DNA from: Lingula anatina
Lineage: Eukaryota; Animalia; Brachiopoda
DNA length: 64,000 bases
NCBI GenBank assembly: GCA_051362555.1
Contig: CM120641.1
Location: 11,160,001 to 11,224,000, forward strand
Reading direction: 5' to 3'
Made by a program: the position numbers and the translations under genes
In this document: positions 24,001 to 39,000 of the stretch, one piece after another
Layout of the letters: the number at the start of each line of letters is the position of its first letter
Position numbering within the stretch: position 1 is the stretch's first letter
The notes under the pieces: model-generated
Database searches by the model: none
Seen by the model: the letters and a program-made list of their open reading frames with translations, nothing else
What the model was told of the DNA's origin: nothing

Positions 24001-27000
24001 GCAGCTGTCGGTGCCTGTGTGGTTACATCGGCAGCAGCAGTAGTCTGGGCTTGAGTTGTTGCTGCCTGTGAAGTTACATCACCTGCCACAGTTGTAGTCT
24101 CTTGTGCAGTAACACCAGAGGCTTGTGTTGTAACATCTGCAGCTGCTGTGGTGCTTGCATCAGTAACAGAAGCTGTCTGTGCCTGTGTGGTTACATCAGC
24201 CGCAGCAGTAGTCTGGGCTTGAGTTGTTGCTGCCTGTGAAGTTACATCACCTGCGACAGTTGTAGTCTCTTGTGCAGTCACACCAGACGCTTGTGTTGTA
24301 ACATCTGCAGCTGCTGTTGTGCTTGCATCAGTAACAGCAGCTGTCGGTGCCTGTGTGGTTACATCGGCAGCAGCAGTAGTCTGGGCTTGAGTTGTTGCTG
24401 CCTGTGAAGTTACATCACCTGCCACAGTTGTAGTCTCTTGTGCAGTAACACCAGAGGCTTGTGTTGTAACATCTGCAGCTGCTGTGGTGCTTGCATCAGT
24501 AACAGAAGCTGTCTGTGCCTGTGTGGTTACATCAGCCGCAGCAGTAGTCTGGGCTTGAGTTGTTGCTGCCTGTGAAGTTACATCACCTGCGACAGTTGTA
24601 GTCTCTTGTGCAGTCACACCAGAGGCTTGTGTTGTAACATCTGCAGCTGCTGTGGTGCTTGCATCAGTAACAGAAGCTGTTTGTGCCTGTGTGGTTACAT
24701 CGACCGCAGCAGTAGTCTGGGCTTGAGTTGTTGCTGCCTGTGAAGTTACATCACCTGCGACAGTTGTAGTCTCTTGTGCAGTCACACCAGAGGCTTGTGT
24801 TGTAACATCTGCAGCTGCTGTGGTGCTTGCATCAGTAACAGCAGCTGTCTGTGCCTGTGTGGTTCCATCGGCAGCAGCAGTAGTCTGGGCTTGAGTTGTT
24901 GCTGCCTGTGAAGTTACATCACCTGCGACAGTTGTAGTCTCTTGTGCAGTCACACCAGAGGCTTGTGTTGTAACATCTGCAGCTGCTGTGGTACTTGCAT
25001 CAGTAACAGAAGCTGTCTGTGCCTGTGTGGTTACATCGGCAGCAGCAGTAGTCTGGGCTTGAGTTGTTGCTGCCTGTGAAGTTACATCACCTGCGACAGT
25101 TGTAGTCTCCTGTGCAGTCACACCAGAGGCTTGTGTTGTAACATCTGCAGCTGCTGTGGTGCTTGCATCAGTAACAGCAGCTGTCTGTGCCTGTGTGGTT
25201 ACATCCGCAGCAGCAGTAGTCTGGGCTTGAGTTGTTGCTGCCTGTGAAGTTACATCACCTGCGACAGTTGTAGTCTCTTGTGCAGTAACACCAGAGGCTT
25301 GTGTTGTAACATCTGCAGCTGCTGTTGTGCTTGCATCAGTAACAGCAGCTGTCGGTGCCTGTGTGGTTACATCGGCAGCAGCAGTAGTCTGGGCTTGAGT
25401 TGTTGCTGCCTGTGAAGTTACATCACCTGCCACAGTTGTAGTCTCTTGTGCAGTCACACTAGAGGCTTGTGTTGTAACATCTGCAGCTGCTGTGGTGCTT
25501 GCATCAGTAACAGCAGCTGTCTGTGCCTGTGTGGTTACATCGGCAGCAGCAGTAGTCTGGGCTTGAGTTGTTGCTGCCTGAGAAGTTACATCACCTGCGA
25601 CAGTTGTAGTCTCTTGTGCAGTCACACCAGAGGCTTGTGTTGTAACATCTGCAGCTGCTGTGGTACTTGCATCAGTAACAGAAGCTGTCTGTGCCTGTGT
25701 GGTTACATCGGCAGCAGCAGTAGTCTGGGCTTGAGTTGTTGCTGCCTGTGAAGTTACATCACCTGCGACAGTTGTAGTCTCTTGTGCAGTAACACCAGAG
25801 GCTTGTGTTGTAACATCTGCAGCTGCTGTGGTGCTTGCATCAGTAACAGAAGCTGTCTGTGCCTGTGTGGTTACATCAGCCGCAGCAGTAGTCTGGGCTT
25901 GAGTTGTTGCTGCCTGTGAAGTTACATCACCTGCGACAGTTGTAGTCTCTTGTGCAGTCACACCAGAGGCTTGTGTTGTAACATCTGCAGCTGCTGTGGT
26001 GCTTGCATCAGTAACAGCAGCTGTTTGTGCCTGTGTGGTTACATCGGCCGCAGCAGTAGTCTGGGCTTGAGTTGTTGCTGCCTGTGAAGTTACATCACTT
26101 GCGACAGTTGTAGTCTCTTGTGCAGTCACACCAGAGGCTTGTGTTGTAACATCTGCAGCTGCTGTGGTGCTTGCATCAGTAACAGCAGCTGTCTGCGCCT
26201 GTGTGGTTACATCGGCCGCAGGAGTAGTCTGGGCTTGAGTTGTTGCTGCCTGTGAAGCTACTTCACCTGCGACAGTTGTAGTCTCTTGTGCAGTCAAACC
26301 AGAGGCTTGTGTTGTAACATCTGCAGCTGCTGTGGTGCTTGCATCAGTAACAGCAGCTGTCTGTGCCTGTGTGGTTACATCGGCAGCAGCAGTAGTCTGG
26401 GCTTGAGTTGTTGCTGCCTGTGAAGTTACATCACCTGCGACAGTTGTAGTCTCTTGTGCAGTCACACCAGAGGCTTGTGTTGTAACATCTGCAGCTGCTG
26501 TGGTGCTTGCATCAGTAACAGCAGCTGTCTGTGCCTGTGTGGTTACATCGGCAGCAGCAGTAGTCTGGGCTTGAGTTGTTGCTGCCTGTGAAGTTACTTC
26601 ACCTGCGACAGTTGTAATCTCTTGTGCAGTCACACCAGAGGCTTGTGTTGTAACATCTGCAGCTGCTGTGGTGCTTGCATCAGTAACAGCAGCTGTCTGT
26701 GCCTGTGTGGTTACATCGGCAGCAGCAGTAGTCTGGGCTTGAGTTGTTGCTGCCTGAGAAGTTACATCACCTGCGACAGTTGTAGTCTCTTGTGCAGTCA
26801 CACCAGAGGCTTGTGTTGTAACATCTGCAGCTGCTGTGGTGCTTGCATCAGTAACAGCAGCTGTCTGTGCCTGTGTGGTTACATCGGCAGCAGCAGTAGT
26901 CTGGGCTTGAGTTGTTGCTGCCTGTGAAGTTACATCACCTGCGACAGTTGTAGTCTCTTGTGCAGTCACACCTGAGGCTTGTGTTGTAACATCTGCAGCT

Positions 27001-30000
27001 GCTGTGGTGCTTGCATCAGTAACAGCAGCTGTCTGTGCCTGTGTGGTTACATCGGCAGGAGCAGTAGTCTGGGCTTGAGTTGTTGCTGCCTGTGAAGTTA
27101 CATCACCTGCGACAGTTGTAGTCTCTTGTGCAGTCACACCAGAGGCTTGTGTTGTAACATCTGCAGCTGCTGTGGTGCTTGCATCAGTAACAGCAGCTGT
27201 CAGTGCCTGTGTGGTTACATCGGCAGCAGCAGTAGTCTGGGCTTGAGTTGTTGCTGCCTGTGAAGTTACATCACCTGCGACAGTTGTAGTCTCTTGTGCA
27301 GTCACACCAGAGGCTTGTGTTGTAACATCTGCAGCTGCTGTTGTGCTTGCATCAGTAACAGCAGCTGTCGGTGCCTGTGTGGTTACATCGGCAGCAGCAG
27401 TAGTCTGGGCTTGAGTTGTTGCTGCCTGTGAAGTTACATCACCTGCGACAGTTGTAGTCTCTTGTGCAGTCACACCAGAGGCTTGTGTTGTAACATCTGC
27501 AGCTGCTGTGGTACTTGCATCAGTGACAGAAGCTGTCTGTGCCTGTGTGGTTACATCGGCAGCAGCAGTAGTCTGGGCTTGAGTTGTTGCTGCCTGTGAA
27601 GTTACATCACCTGCCACAGTTGTAGTCTCTTGTGCAGTCACACCAGAGGCTTGTGTTGTAACATCTGCAGCTGCTGTGGTACTTGCATCAGTGACAGAAG
27701 CTGTCTGTGCCTGTGTGGTTACATCGGCAGCAGCAGTAGTCTGGGCTTGAGTTGTTGCTGCCTGTGAAGTTACATCACCTGCGACAGTTGTAGTCTCTTG
27801 TGCAGTCACACCAGAGGCTTGTGTTGTAACATCTGCAGCTGCTGTGGTGCTTGCATCAGTAACAGCAGCTGTTTGTGCCTGTGTGGTTACATCGGCAGCA
27901 GCAGTAGTCTGGGCTTGAGTTGTTGCTGCCTGTGAAGTTACATCACCTGCGACAGTTGTAGTCTCTTGTGCAGTCACACCAGAGGCTTGTGTTGTAACAT
28001 CTGCAGCTGCTGTGGTGCTTGCATCAGTAACAGAAGCTGTTTGTGCCTGTGTGGTTACATCGGCAGCAGCAGTAGTCTGGGCTTGAGTTGTTGCTGCCTG
28101 TGAAGTTAAATCACCTGCGACAGTTGTAGTCTCTTGTGCAGTCACACCAGAGGCTTGTGTTGTAACATCTGCAGCTGCTGTGGTGCTTGCATCAGTAACA
28201 GAAGCTGTCTGTGCCTGTGTGGTTACATCGGCAGCAGCAGTAGTCTGGGCTTGAGTTGATGCTGCCTGTGAAGTTACATCACCTGCGACAGTTGTAGTCT
28301 CTTGTGCAGTAACACCAGAGGCTTGTGTTGTAACATCTGCAGCTGCTGTTGTGCTTGCATCAGTAACAGCAGCTGTCGGTGCCTGTGTGGTTACATCGGC
28401 AGCAGCAGTAGTCTGGGCTTGAGTTGTTGCTGCCTGGGAAGTTACATCACCTGCCACAGTTGTAGTCTCTTGTGCAGTCACACCAGAGGCTTGTGTTGTA
28501 ACATCTGCAGCTGCTGTGGTGCTTGCATCAGTAACAGCAGCTGTCTGTGCCTGTGTGGTTACATCGGCAGCAGCAGTAGTCTGGGCTTGAGTTGTTGCTG
28601 CCTGAGAAGTTACATCACCTGCGACAGTTGTAGTCTCTTGTGCAGTCACACCAGAGGCTTGTGTTGTAACATCTGCAGCTGCTGTGGTGCTTGCATCAGT
28701 AACAGCAGCTGTCTGTGCCTGTGTGGTTACATCGGCAGCAGCAGTAGTCTGGGCTTGAGTTGTTGCTGCCTGTGAAGTTACATCACCTGCGACAGTTGTA
28801 GTCTCTTGTGCAGTCACACCAGAGGCTTGTGTTGTAACATCTGCAGCTGCTGTGGTACTTGCATCAGTGACAGAAGCTGTCTGTGCCTGTGTGGTTACAT
28901 CGGCAGCAGCAGTAGTCTGGGCTTGAGTTGTTGCTGCCTGTGAAGTTACATCACCTGCGACAGTTGTAGTCTCTTGTGCAGTCACACCAGAGGCTTGTGT
29001 TGTAACATATGCAGCTGCTGTGGTGCTTGCATCAGTAACAGCAGCTGTCTGTGCCTGTGTGGTTACATCGGCAGCAGCAGTAATCTGGGCTTGAGTTGTT
29101 TCTGCCTGAGAAGTTACATCACCTGCGACAGTTGTAGTCTCTTGTGCAGTCACACCAGAGGCTTGTGTTGTAACATCTGCAGCTGCTGTGATACTTGCAT
29201 CAGTAACAGAAGCTGTCTGTGCCTGTGTGGTTACATCGGCAGCAGCAGTAGTCTGGGCTTGAGTTGTTGCTGCCTGTGAAGTTACATCACCTGCGACAGT
29301 TGTAGTCTCTTGTGCAGTAACACCAGAGGCTTGTGTTGTAACATCTGCAGCTGCTGTTGTGCTTGCATCAGTAACAGCAGCTGTCGGTGCCTGTGTGGTT
29401 ACATCGGCAGCAGCAGTAGTCTGGGCTTGAGTTGTTGCTGCCTGTGAAGTTACATCACCTGCCACAGTTGTAGTCTCTTGTGCAGTCACACCAGAGGCTT
29501 GTGTTGTAACATCTGCAGCTGCTGTGGTGCTTGCATCAGTAACAGCAGCTGTCTGTGCCTGTGTGGTTACATCGGCAGCAGCAGTAGTCTGGGCTTGAGT
29601 TGTTGCTGCCTGAGAAGTTACATCACCTGCGACAGTTGTAGTCTCTTGTGCAGTCACACCAGAGGCTTGTGTTGTAACATCTGCAGCTGCTGTGGTACTT
29701 GCATCAGTAACAGAAGCTGTCTGTGCCTGTGTGGTTACATCAGCCGCAGCAGTAGTCTGGGCTTGAGTTGTTGCTGCCTGTGAAGTTACATCACCTGCGA
29801 CAGTTGTAGTCTCTTGTGCAGTCACACCAGAGGCTTGTGTTGTAACATCTGCAGCTGCTGTGGTGCTTGCATCAGTAACAGCAGCTGTTTGTGCCTGTGT
29901 GGTTACATCGGCCGCAGCAGTAGTCTGGGCTTGAGTTGTTGCTGCCTGTGAAGTTACATCACCTGCCACAGTTGTAGTCTCTTGTGCAGTCACACCAGAG

Positions 30001-33000
30001 GCTTGTGTTGTAACATCTGCAGCTGCTGTGGTGCTTGCATCAGTAACAGCAGCTGTCTGTGCCTGTGTGGTTACATCGGCAGCAGCAGTAGTCTGGGCTT
30101 GAGTTGTTGCTGCCTGTGAAGTTACATCACCTGCGACAGTTGTAGTCTCTTGTGCAGTCACACCAGAGGCTTGTGTTGTAACATCTGCAGCTGCTGTGGT
30201 ACTTGCATCAGTAACAGAAGCTGTCTGTGCCTGTGTGGTTACATCGGCAGCAGCAGTAGTCTGGGCTTGAGTTGTTGCTGCCTGTGAAGTTACATCACCT
30301 GCGACAGTTGTAGTCTCTTGTGCAGTCACACCAGAAGCTTGTGTTGTAACATCTGCAGCTGCTGTGGTGCTTGCATCAGTAACAGCAGCTGTTTGTGCCT
30401 GTGTGGTTACATCGGCAGCAGCAGTAGTCTGGGATTGAGTTGTTGCTGCCTGTGAAGTTACATCACCTGGGACAGTTGTAGTCTCTTGTGCAGTCACACC
30501 AGAGGCTTGTGTTGTAACATCTGCAGCTGCTGTGGTGCTTGCATCAGTAACAGCAGCTGTCTGTGCCTGTGTGGTTACATCGGCAGCAGCAGTAGTCTGG
30601 GCTTGAGTTGTTGCTGCCTGTGAAGTTACATCACCTGCCACAGTTGTAGTCTCTTGTGCAGTCACACCAGAGGCTTGTGTTGTAACATCTGCAGCTGCTG
30701 TGGTGCTTGCATCAGTAACAGCAGCTGTCTGTGCCTGTGTGGTTACATCGGCAGCAGCAGTAGTCTGGGCTTGAGTTGTTGCTGCCTGAGAAGTTACATC
30801 ACCTGCGACAGTTGTAGTCTCTTGTGCAGTCACACCAGAGGCTTGTGTTGTAACATCTGCAGCTGCTGTGGTACTTGCATCAGTAACAGAAGCTGTCTGT
30901 GCCTGTGTGGTTACATCGGCAGCAGCAGTAGTCTGGGCTTGAGTTGTTGCTTCCTGTGAAGTTACATCACCTGCGACAGTTGTAGTCTCTTCTGCAGTAA
31001 CACCAGAGGCTTGTGCTGTAACATCTGCAGCTGCTGTGGTGCTTGCATCAGTAACAGAAGCTGTCTGTGTCTGTGTGGTTACATCAGCCGCAGCAATAGT
31101 CTGGGCTTGAGTTGTTGCTGCCTGTGAAGTTACATCACCTGCGACAGTTGTAGTCTCTTGTGCAGTCACACCAGAGGCTTGTGTTGTAACATCTGCAGCT
31201 GCTGTGGTACTTGCATCAGTAACAGAAGCTGTCTGTGCCTGTGTGGTTACATCGGCAGCAGCAGTAGTCTGGGCTTGAGTTGTTGCTGCCTGTGAAGTTA
31301 CATCACCTGCGACAGTTGTAGTCTCTTGTGCAGTAACACCAGAGGCTTGTGTTGTAACATCTGCAGCTGCTGTGGTGCTTGCATCAGTAACAGCAGCTTT
31401 CTGTGCCTGTGTGGTTACATCGGCAGCAGCAGTAGTCTGGGCTTGAGTTGTTGCTGCCTGTGAAGTTACATCACCTGCGACAGTTGTAGTCTCTTGTGCA
31501 GTCACACCAGAGGCTTGTGTTGTTACATCTGCAGCTGCTGTGGTGCTTGCATCAGTAACAGCAGCTGTTTGTGCCTGTGTAGTTACATCGGCAGCAACAG
31601 TAGTCTGGGCTTGAGTTGTTGCTGCCTGTGAAGTTACATCACCTGCCACAGTTGTAGTCTCTTGTGCAGTCACACCAGAGGCTTGTGTTGTAACATCTGC
31701 AGCTGCTGTGGTGCTTGCATCAGTAACAGAAGCTGTCTGTGCCTGTGTGGTTACATCGGCAGCAGCAGTAGTCTGGGTTTGAGTTGTTGCTGCCTGTGAA
31801 GTTACATCACCTGCCACAGTTGTAGTCTCTAGTGCAGTCACACCAGAGGCTTGTGTTGTAACATCTGCAGCTGCTGTGGTGCTTGCATCAGTAACAGCAG
31901 CTGTCTGTGCCTGTGTGGTTACATCGGCAGCAGCAGTAGTCTGGGCTTGAGTTGCTGCTGCCTGTGAAGTAACATCACCTGCGACAGTGGAAGTGTCTTG
32001 TGCAGTCACACCAGAGGCTTGTGTTGTAACATCTGCAGCTGCTGTGGTGCTTGCATCAGTAACAGCAGCTGTCTGTGCCTGTGTGGTTACATCGGCAGCA
32101 GCAGTAGTCTGGGCTTGAGTTGTTGCTGCCTGTGAAGTTACATCACCTGCGACAGTTGTAGTCTCCTGTGCAGTCACACCAGAGGCTTTTGTTGTAACAT
32201 CTGCAGCTGCTGTGGTGCTTGCATCAGTAACAGCAGCTGTCTGTGCCTGTGTGGTTACATCGGCAGCAGCAGTAGTCTGGGCTTGAGTTGTTGCTGCCTG
32301 TGAAGTTACATCACCTGCCACAGTTGTAGTCTCTTGTGCAGTCACACCAGAGGCTTGTGTTGTAACATCTGCAGCTGCTGTGGTACTTGCATCAGTAACA
32401 GAAGCTGTCTGTGCCTGTGTGGTTACATCGGCAGCAGCAGTAGTCTGGGCTTGAGTTGTTGCTGGCTGTGAAGTTACATCACCTGCGACAGTTGTAGTCT
32501 CTTGTGCAGTAACACCAGAGGCTTGTGTTGTAACATCTGCAGCTGCTGTGGTGCTTGCATCAGTAACAGCAGCTTTCTGTGCCTGTGTGGTTACATCGGC
32601 AGCAGCAGTAGTCTGGGCTTGAGTTGTTGCTGCCTGTGAAGTTACATCACCTGCGACAGTTGTAGTCTCTTGTGCAGTCACACCAGAGGCTTGTGTTGTT
32701 ACATCTGCAGCTGCTGTGGTGCTTGCATCAGTAACAGCAGCTGTTTGTGCCTGTGTAGTTACATCGGCAGCAACAGTAGTCTGGGCTTGAGTTGTTGCTG
32801 CCTGTGAAGTTACATCACCTGCCACAGTTGTAGTCTCTTGTGCAGTCACACCAGAGGCTTGTGTTGTAACATCTGCAGCTGCTGTGGTGCTTGCATCAGT
32901 AACAGAAGCTGTCTGTGCCTGTGTGGTTACATCGGCAGCAGCAGTAGTCTGGGTTTGAGTTGTTGCTGCCTGTGAAGTTACATCACCTGCCACAGTTGTA

Positions 33001-36000
33001 GTCTCTTGTGCAGTCACACCAGAAGCTTGTGTTGTAACATCTGCAGCTGCTGTGGTGCTTGCATCAGTAACAGCAGCTGTCTGTGCCTGTGTGGTTACAT
33101 CGGCAGCAGCAGTAGTCTGGGCTTGAGTTGCTGCTGCCTGTGAAGTAACATCACCTGCGACAGTGGAAGTGTCTTGTGCAGTCACACCAGAGGCTTGTGT
33201 TGTAACATCTGCAGCTGCTGTGGTGCTTGCATCAGTAACAGCAGCTGTCTGTGCCTGTGTGGTTACATCGGCAGCAGCAGTAGTCTGGGCTTGAGTTGTT
33301 GCTGCCTGTGAAGTTACATCACCTGCGACAGTTGTAGTCTCCTGTGCAGTCACACCAGAGGCTTTTGTTGTAACATCTGCAGCTGCTGTGGTGCTTGCAT
33401 CAGTAACAGCAGCTGTCTGTGCCTGTGTGGTTACATCGGCAGCAGCAGTAGTCTGGGCTTGAGTTGTTGCTGCCTGTGAAGTTACATCACCTGCGACAGT
33501 TGAAGTCTCTTGTGCAGTCACACCAGAGGCTTGTGTTGTAACATCTGCAGCTGCTGTGGTGCTTGCATCAGTAACAGCAGCTGTCTGTGCATGTGTGGTT
33601 ACATCGGCAGCAGCAGTAGTCTGGGCTTGAGTTGTTGCTGCCTGTGAAGTTACATCACCTGCCACAGTTGTAGTCTCTTGTGCAGTCACACCAGAGGCTT
33701 GTGTTGTAACATCTGCAGCTGCTGTGGTGCTTGCATCAGTGACAGCAGCTGTCTGTGCCTGTGTGGTTACATCGGCAGCAGCAGTAGTCTGGGCTTGAGT
33801 TGTTGCTGCCTGTGAAGTTACATCACCTGCCACAGTTGTAGTCTCTTGTGCAGTCACACCAGAGGCTTGTGTTGTAACATCTGCAGCTGCTGTGGTGCTT
33901 GCATCAGTAACAGCAGCTGTCTGTGCCTGTGTGGTTACATAGGCAGCAGCAGTAGTCTGGGCTTGAGTTGTTGCTGCCTGTGAAGTTACATCACCTGCGA
34001 CAGTTGTAGTCTCTTGTGCAGTCACACCAGAGGCTTGTGTTGTAACATCTGCAGCTGCTGTGGTGCTTGCATCAGTAACAGCAGCTGTCTGTGCCTGTGT
34101 GGTAACATCGGCAGCAACAGTAGTCTGGGCTTGAGTACTTGCTGCCTGTGAAGTTACATCACCTGCGACAGTTGTAGTCTCTTGTGCAGTCACACCAGAG
34201 GCTTGTGTTGTAACATCTGCAGCTGCTGTGGTGCTTGCATCAGTAACAGCAGCTGTCTGTGCCTGTGTGGTTACATCGGCAGCAGCAGTAGTCTGGGCTT
34301 GAGTTGTTGCTGCCTGTGAAGTTACATCACCTGCGACAGTTGTAGTCTCCTGTGCAGTCACACCAGAGGCTTTTGTTGTAACATCTGCAGCTGCTGTGGT
34401 GCTTGCATCAGTAACAGCAGCTGTCTGTGCCTGTGTGGTTACATCGGCAGTAGCAGTAGTCTGGGCTTGAGTTGTTGCTGCCTGTGAAGTTACATCACCT
34501 GCGACAGTTGTAGTCTCTTGTGCAGTCACACCAGAGGCTTGTGTTCTAACATCTGCAGCTGCTGTGGTGCTTGCATCAGTAACAGCAGCTGTCTGTGCCT
34601 GTGTGGTTACATCGGCAGCAGCAGTAGTCTGGGCTTGAGTTGTTGCTGCCTGTGAAGTTACATCACCTGCCACAGTTGTAGTCTCTTGTGCAGTCACACC
34701 AGAGGCTTGTGTTGTAACATCTGCAGCTGCTGTGGTGCTTGCATCAGTTACAGCAGCTGTGTGTGCCTGTGTGTTTACATCGGCAGCAGCAGTAGTCTGG
34801 GCTTGAGTTGTTGCTGCCTGTGAAGTTACATCACCTGCGACAGTTGTAGTCTCCTGAGCAGTCACACCAAAGACTTTTGTTGTAACATCTGCAGCTGTTG
34901 TGGTGCTTGCATCAGTAACAGCAGCTGTCTGTGCATGTGTGGTTACATCGGCAGCAGCAGATGTCTGGGCTTCAGTTGTTGCTGCCTGTGAAGTAACATC
35001 ACCTGCGACAGTGGAAGTGTCTTGTGCAGTCACACCAGAGGCTTGTGTTGTAACATCTGCAGCTGCTGTGGTGCTTGCATCAGTAACAGCAGCTGTCTGT
35101 GCCTGTGTGGTTACATCGGCAGCAGCAGTAGTCTGGGCTTGAGTTGTTGCTGCCTGTGAAGTTGCATCACCTGCGACAGTTGTAGTCTCCTGTGCAGTCA
35201 CACCATAGGCTTTTGTTGTAACATCTGCAGCTGTTGTGGTGCTTGCATCAGTAACAGCAGCTGTCTGTGCATGTGTGGTTACATCCGCAGCAGCAGTTGT
35301 CTGGGCTTGAGTTGTTGCTGCCTGTGAAGTTACATCACCTGCCACAGTTGTAGTCTCTTGTGCAGTCACACCAGAGGCTTGTGTTGTAACATCTGCAGCT
35401 GCTGTGGTGCTTGCATCAGTTACAGCAGCTGTCTGTGCCTGTGTGGTTACATCGGCAGCAGCAGTAGTCTGGGCTTGAGTTGTTGCTGCCTGTGAAGTTA
35501 CATCACCTGCGACAGTTGTAGTCTCTTGTGCAGTCACACCAGAGGCTTGTGTTGTAACATCTGCAGCTGCTGTGGTGCTTGCATCAGTAACAGCAGCTGT
35601 CTGTGCCTGTGTGGTTACATCGGCCGCAGCAGTAGTCTGGGCTTGAGTTGTTGCTGCCTGTGAAGTTACATCACCTGCGACAGTTGTAGTCTCTTGTGCA
35701 GTCACACCAGAGGCTTGTGTTGTAACATCTGCAGCTGCTGTGGTGCTTGCATCAGTAACAGCAGCTGTCTGTGCTTGTGTGGTTACATCCGCAGCAGCAG
35801 TAGTCTGGGCTTGAGTTGTTGCTGCCTGTGAAGTTACATCACCTGCGACAGTTGTAGTCTCTTGTGCAGTCACACCAGAGGCTTGTGTTGTAACATCTGC
35901 AGCTGCTGTGGTGCTTGCATCAGTAACAGCAGCTGTCTGTGCCTGTGTGGTTACATCGGCAGCAGCAGTAGTCTGGGCTTGAGTTGCTGCTGCCTGTGAA

Positions 36001-39000
36001 GTAACATCACCTGCGACAGTGGAAGTGTCTTGTGCAGTCACACCAGAGGCTTGTGTTGTAACATTTGCAGCTGCTGTTGTGCTTGCATCAGTAACAGCAG
36101 CTGTCTGTGCCTGTGTGGTTACATCGGCAGCAGCAGTAGTCTGGGCTTGAGTTGTTGCTGCCTGTGAAGTTACATCACCTGCGACAGTTGTAGTCTCCTG
36201 TGCAGTCACACCAGAGGCTTTTGTTGTAACATCTGCAGCTGCTGTGGTGCTTGCATCAGTAACAGCAGCTGTCTGTGCCTGTGTGGTTACATCGGCAGCA
36301 GCAGTAGTCTGGCCTTGAGTTGTTGCTGCCTGTGAAGTTACATCACCTGCGACAGTTGAAGTCTCTTGTGCAGTCACACCAGAGGCTTGTGTTGTAACAT
36401 CTGCAGCTGCTGTGGTGCTTGCATCAGTAACAGCAGCTGTCTGTGCATGTGTGGTTACATCGGCAGCAGCAGTAGTCTGGGCTTGAGTTGTTGCTGCCTG
36501 TGAAGTTACATCACCTGCCACAGTTGTAGTCTCTTGTGCAGTCACACCAGAGGCTTGTGTTGTAACATCTGCAGCTGCTGTGGTGCTTGCATCAGTGACA
36601 GCAGCTGTCTGTGCCTGTGTGGTTACATCGGCAGCAGCAGTAGTCTGGGCTTGAGTTGTTGCTGCCTGTGAAGTTACATCACCTGCGACAGTTGTAGTCT
36701 CCTGAGCAGTCACACCAGAGGCTTTTGTTGTAACATCTGCAGCTGTTGTGGTGCTTGCATCAGTAACAGCAGCTGTCTGTGCATGTGTGGTTACATCGGC
36801 AGCAGCAGTAGTCTGGGCTTGAGTTGTTGCTGCCTGTGAAGTTACATCACCTGCCACAGTTGTAGTCTCTTGTGCAGTCACACCAGAGGCTTGTGTTGTA
36901 ACATCTGCAGCTGCTGTGGTGCTTGCATCAGTAACAGCAGCTGTCTGTGCCTGTGTGGTTACATCGGCAGCAGCAGTAGTCTGGGCTTGAGTTGTTGCTG
37001 CCTGTGAAGTTACATCACCTGCGACAGTTGTAGTCTCTTGTGCAGTCACACCAGAGGCTTGTGTTGTAACATCTGCAGCTGCTGTGGTGCTTGCATCAGT
37101 AACAGCAGCTGTCTGTGCCTGTGTGGTAACATCGGCAGCAACAGTAGTCAGGGCTTGAGTACTTGCTGCCTGTGAAGTTACATCACCTGCGACAGTTGTA
37201 GTCTCTTGTGCAGTCACACCAGAGGCTTGTGTTGTAACATCTGCAGCTGCTGTGGTGCTTGCATCAGTAACAGCAGCTGTCTGTGCCTGTGTGGTTACAT
37301 CGGCAGCAGCAGTAGTCTGGGCTTGAGTTGTTGCTGCCTGTGAAGTTACATCACCTGCGACAGTTGTAGTCTCCTGTGCAGTCACACCAGAGGCTTTTGT
37401 TGTAACATCTGCAGCTGCTGTGGTGCTTGCATCAGTAACAGCAGCTGTCTGTGCCTGTGTGGTTACATCGGCAGTAGCAGTAGTCTGGGCTTGAGTTGTT
37501 GCTGCCTGTGAAGTTACATCACCTGCGACAGTTGTAGTCTCTTGTGCAGTCACACCAGAGGCTTGTGTTGTAACATCTGCAGCTGCTGTGGTGCTTGCAT
37601 CAGTAACAGCAGCTGTCTGTGCCTGTGTGGTTACATCGGCAGCAGCAGTAGTCTGGGCTTGAGTTGTTGCTGCCTGTGAAGTTACATCACCTGCCACAGT
37701 TGTAGTCTCTTGTGCAGTCACACCAGAGGCTTGTGTTGTAACATCTGCAGCTGCTGTGGTGCTTGCATCAGTTACAGCAGCTGTCTGTGCCTGTGTGTTT
37801 ACATTGGCAGCAGCAGTAGTCTGGGCTTGAGTTGTTGCTGCCTGTGAAGTTACATCACCTGCGACAGTTGTAGTCTCCTGAGCAGTCACACCAAAGACTT
37901 TTGTTGTAACATCTGCAGCTGTTGTGGTGCTTGCATCAGTAACAGCAGCTGTCTGTGCATGTGTGGTTACATCGGCAGCAGCAGTAGTCTGGGCTTCAGT
38001 TGTTGCTGCCTGTGAAGTAACATCACCTGCGACAGTGGAAGTGTCTTGTGCAGTCACAACAGAGGCTTGTGTTGTAACATCTGCAGCTGCTGTGGTGCTT
38101 GCATCAGTAACAGCAGCTGTCTGTGCCTGTGTGGTTACATCGGCAGCAGCAGTAGTCTGGGCTTGAGTTGTTGCTGCCTGTGAAGTTACATCACCTGCGA
38201 CAGTTGTAGTCTCCTGTGCAGTCACACCAGAGGCTTTTGTTGTAACATCTGCAGCTGCTGTGGTGCTTGCATCAGTAACAGCAGCTGTCTGTGCCTGTGT
38301 GGTTACATCGGCAGTAGCAGTAGTCTGGGCTTGAGTTGTTGCTGCCTGTGAAGTTACATCACCTGCGACAGTTGTAGTCTCTTGTGCAGTCACACCAGAG
38401 GCTTGTGTTGTAACATCTGCAGCTGCTGTGGTGCTTGCATCAGTAACAGCAGCTGTCTGTGCCTGTGTGGTTACATCGGCAGCAGCAGTAGTCTGGGCTT
38501 GAGTTGTTGCTGCCTGTGAAGTTACATCACCTGCGACAGTTGAAGTCTCTTGTGCAGTCACACCAGAGGCTTGTGTTGTAACATCTGCAGCTGCTGTGGT
38601 GCTTGCATCAGTAACAGCAGCTGTCTGTGCATGTGTGGTTACATCGGCAGCAGCAGTAGTCTGGGCTTGAGTTGTTGCTGCCTGTGAAGTTACATCACCT
38701 GCCACAGTTGTAGTCTCTTGTGCAGTCACACCAGAGGCTTGTGTTGTAACATCTGCAGCTGCTGTGGTGCTTGCATCAGTGACAGCAGCTGTCTGTGCCT
38801 GTGTGGTTACATCGGCAGCAGCAGTAGTCTGGGCTTGAGTTGTTGCTGCCTGTGAAGTTACATCACCTGCGACAGTTGTAGTCTCCTGAGCAGTCACACC
38901 AGAGGCTTTTGTTGTAACATCTGCAGCTGTTGTGGTGCTTGCATCAGTAACAGCAGCTGTCTGTGCATGTGTGGTTACATCGGCAGCAGCAGTAGTCTGG

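Noticed and set aside
3410-36070. Sporadic D-to-N changes creating NVT sequons (about 3420, 9755, 36065)
   Set aside because: Isolated single transitions with no periodicity or spread, consistent with drift.
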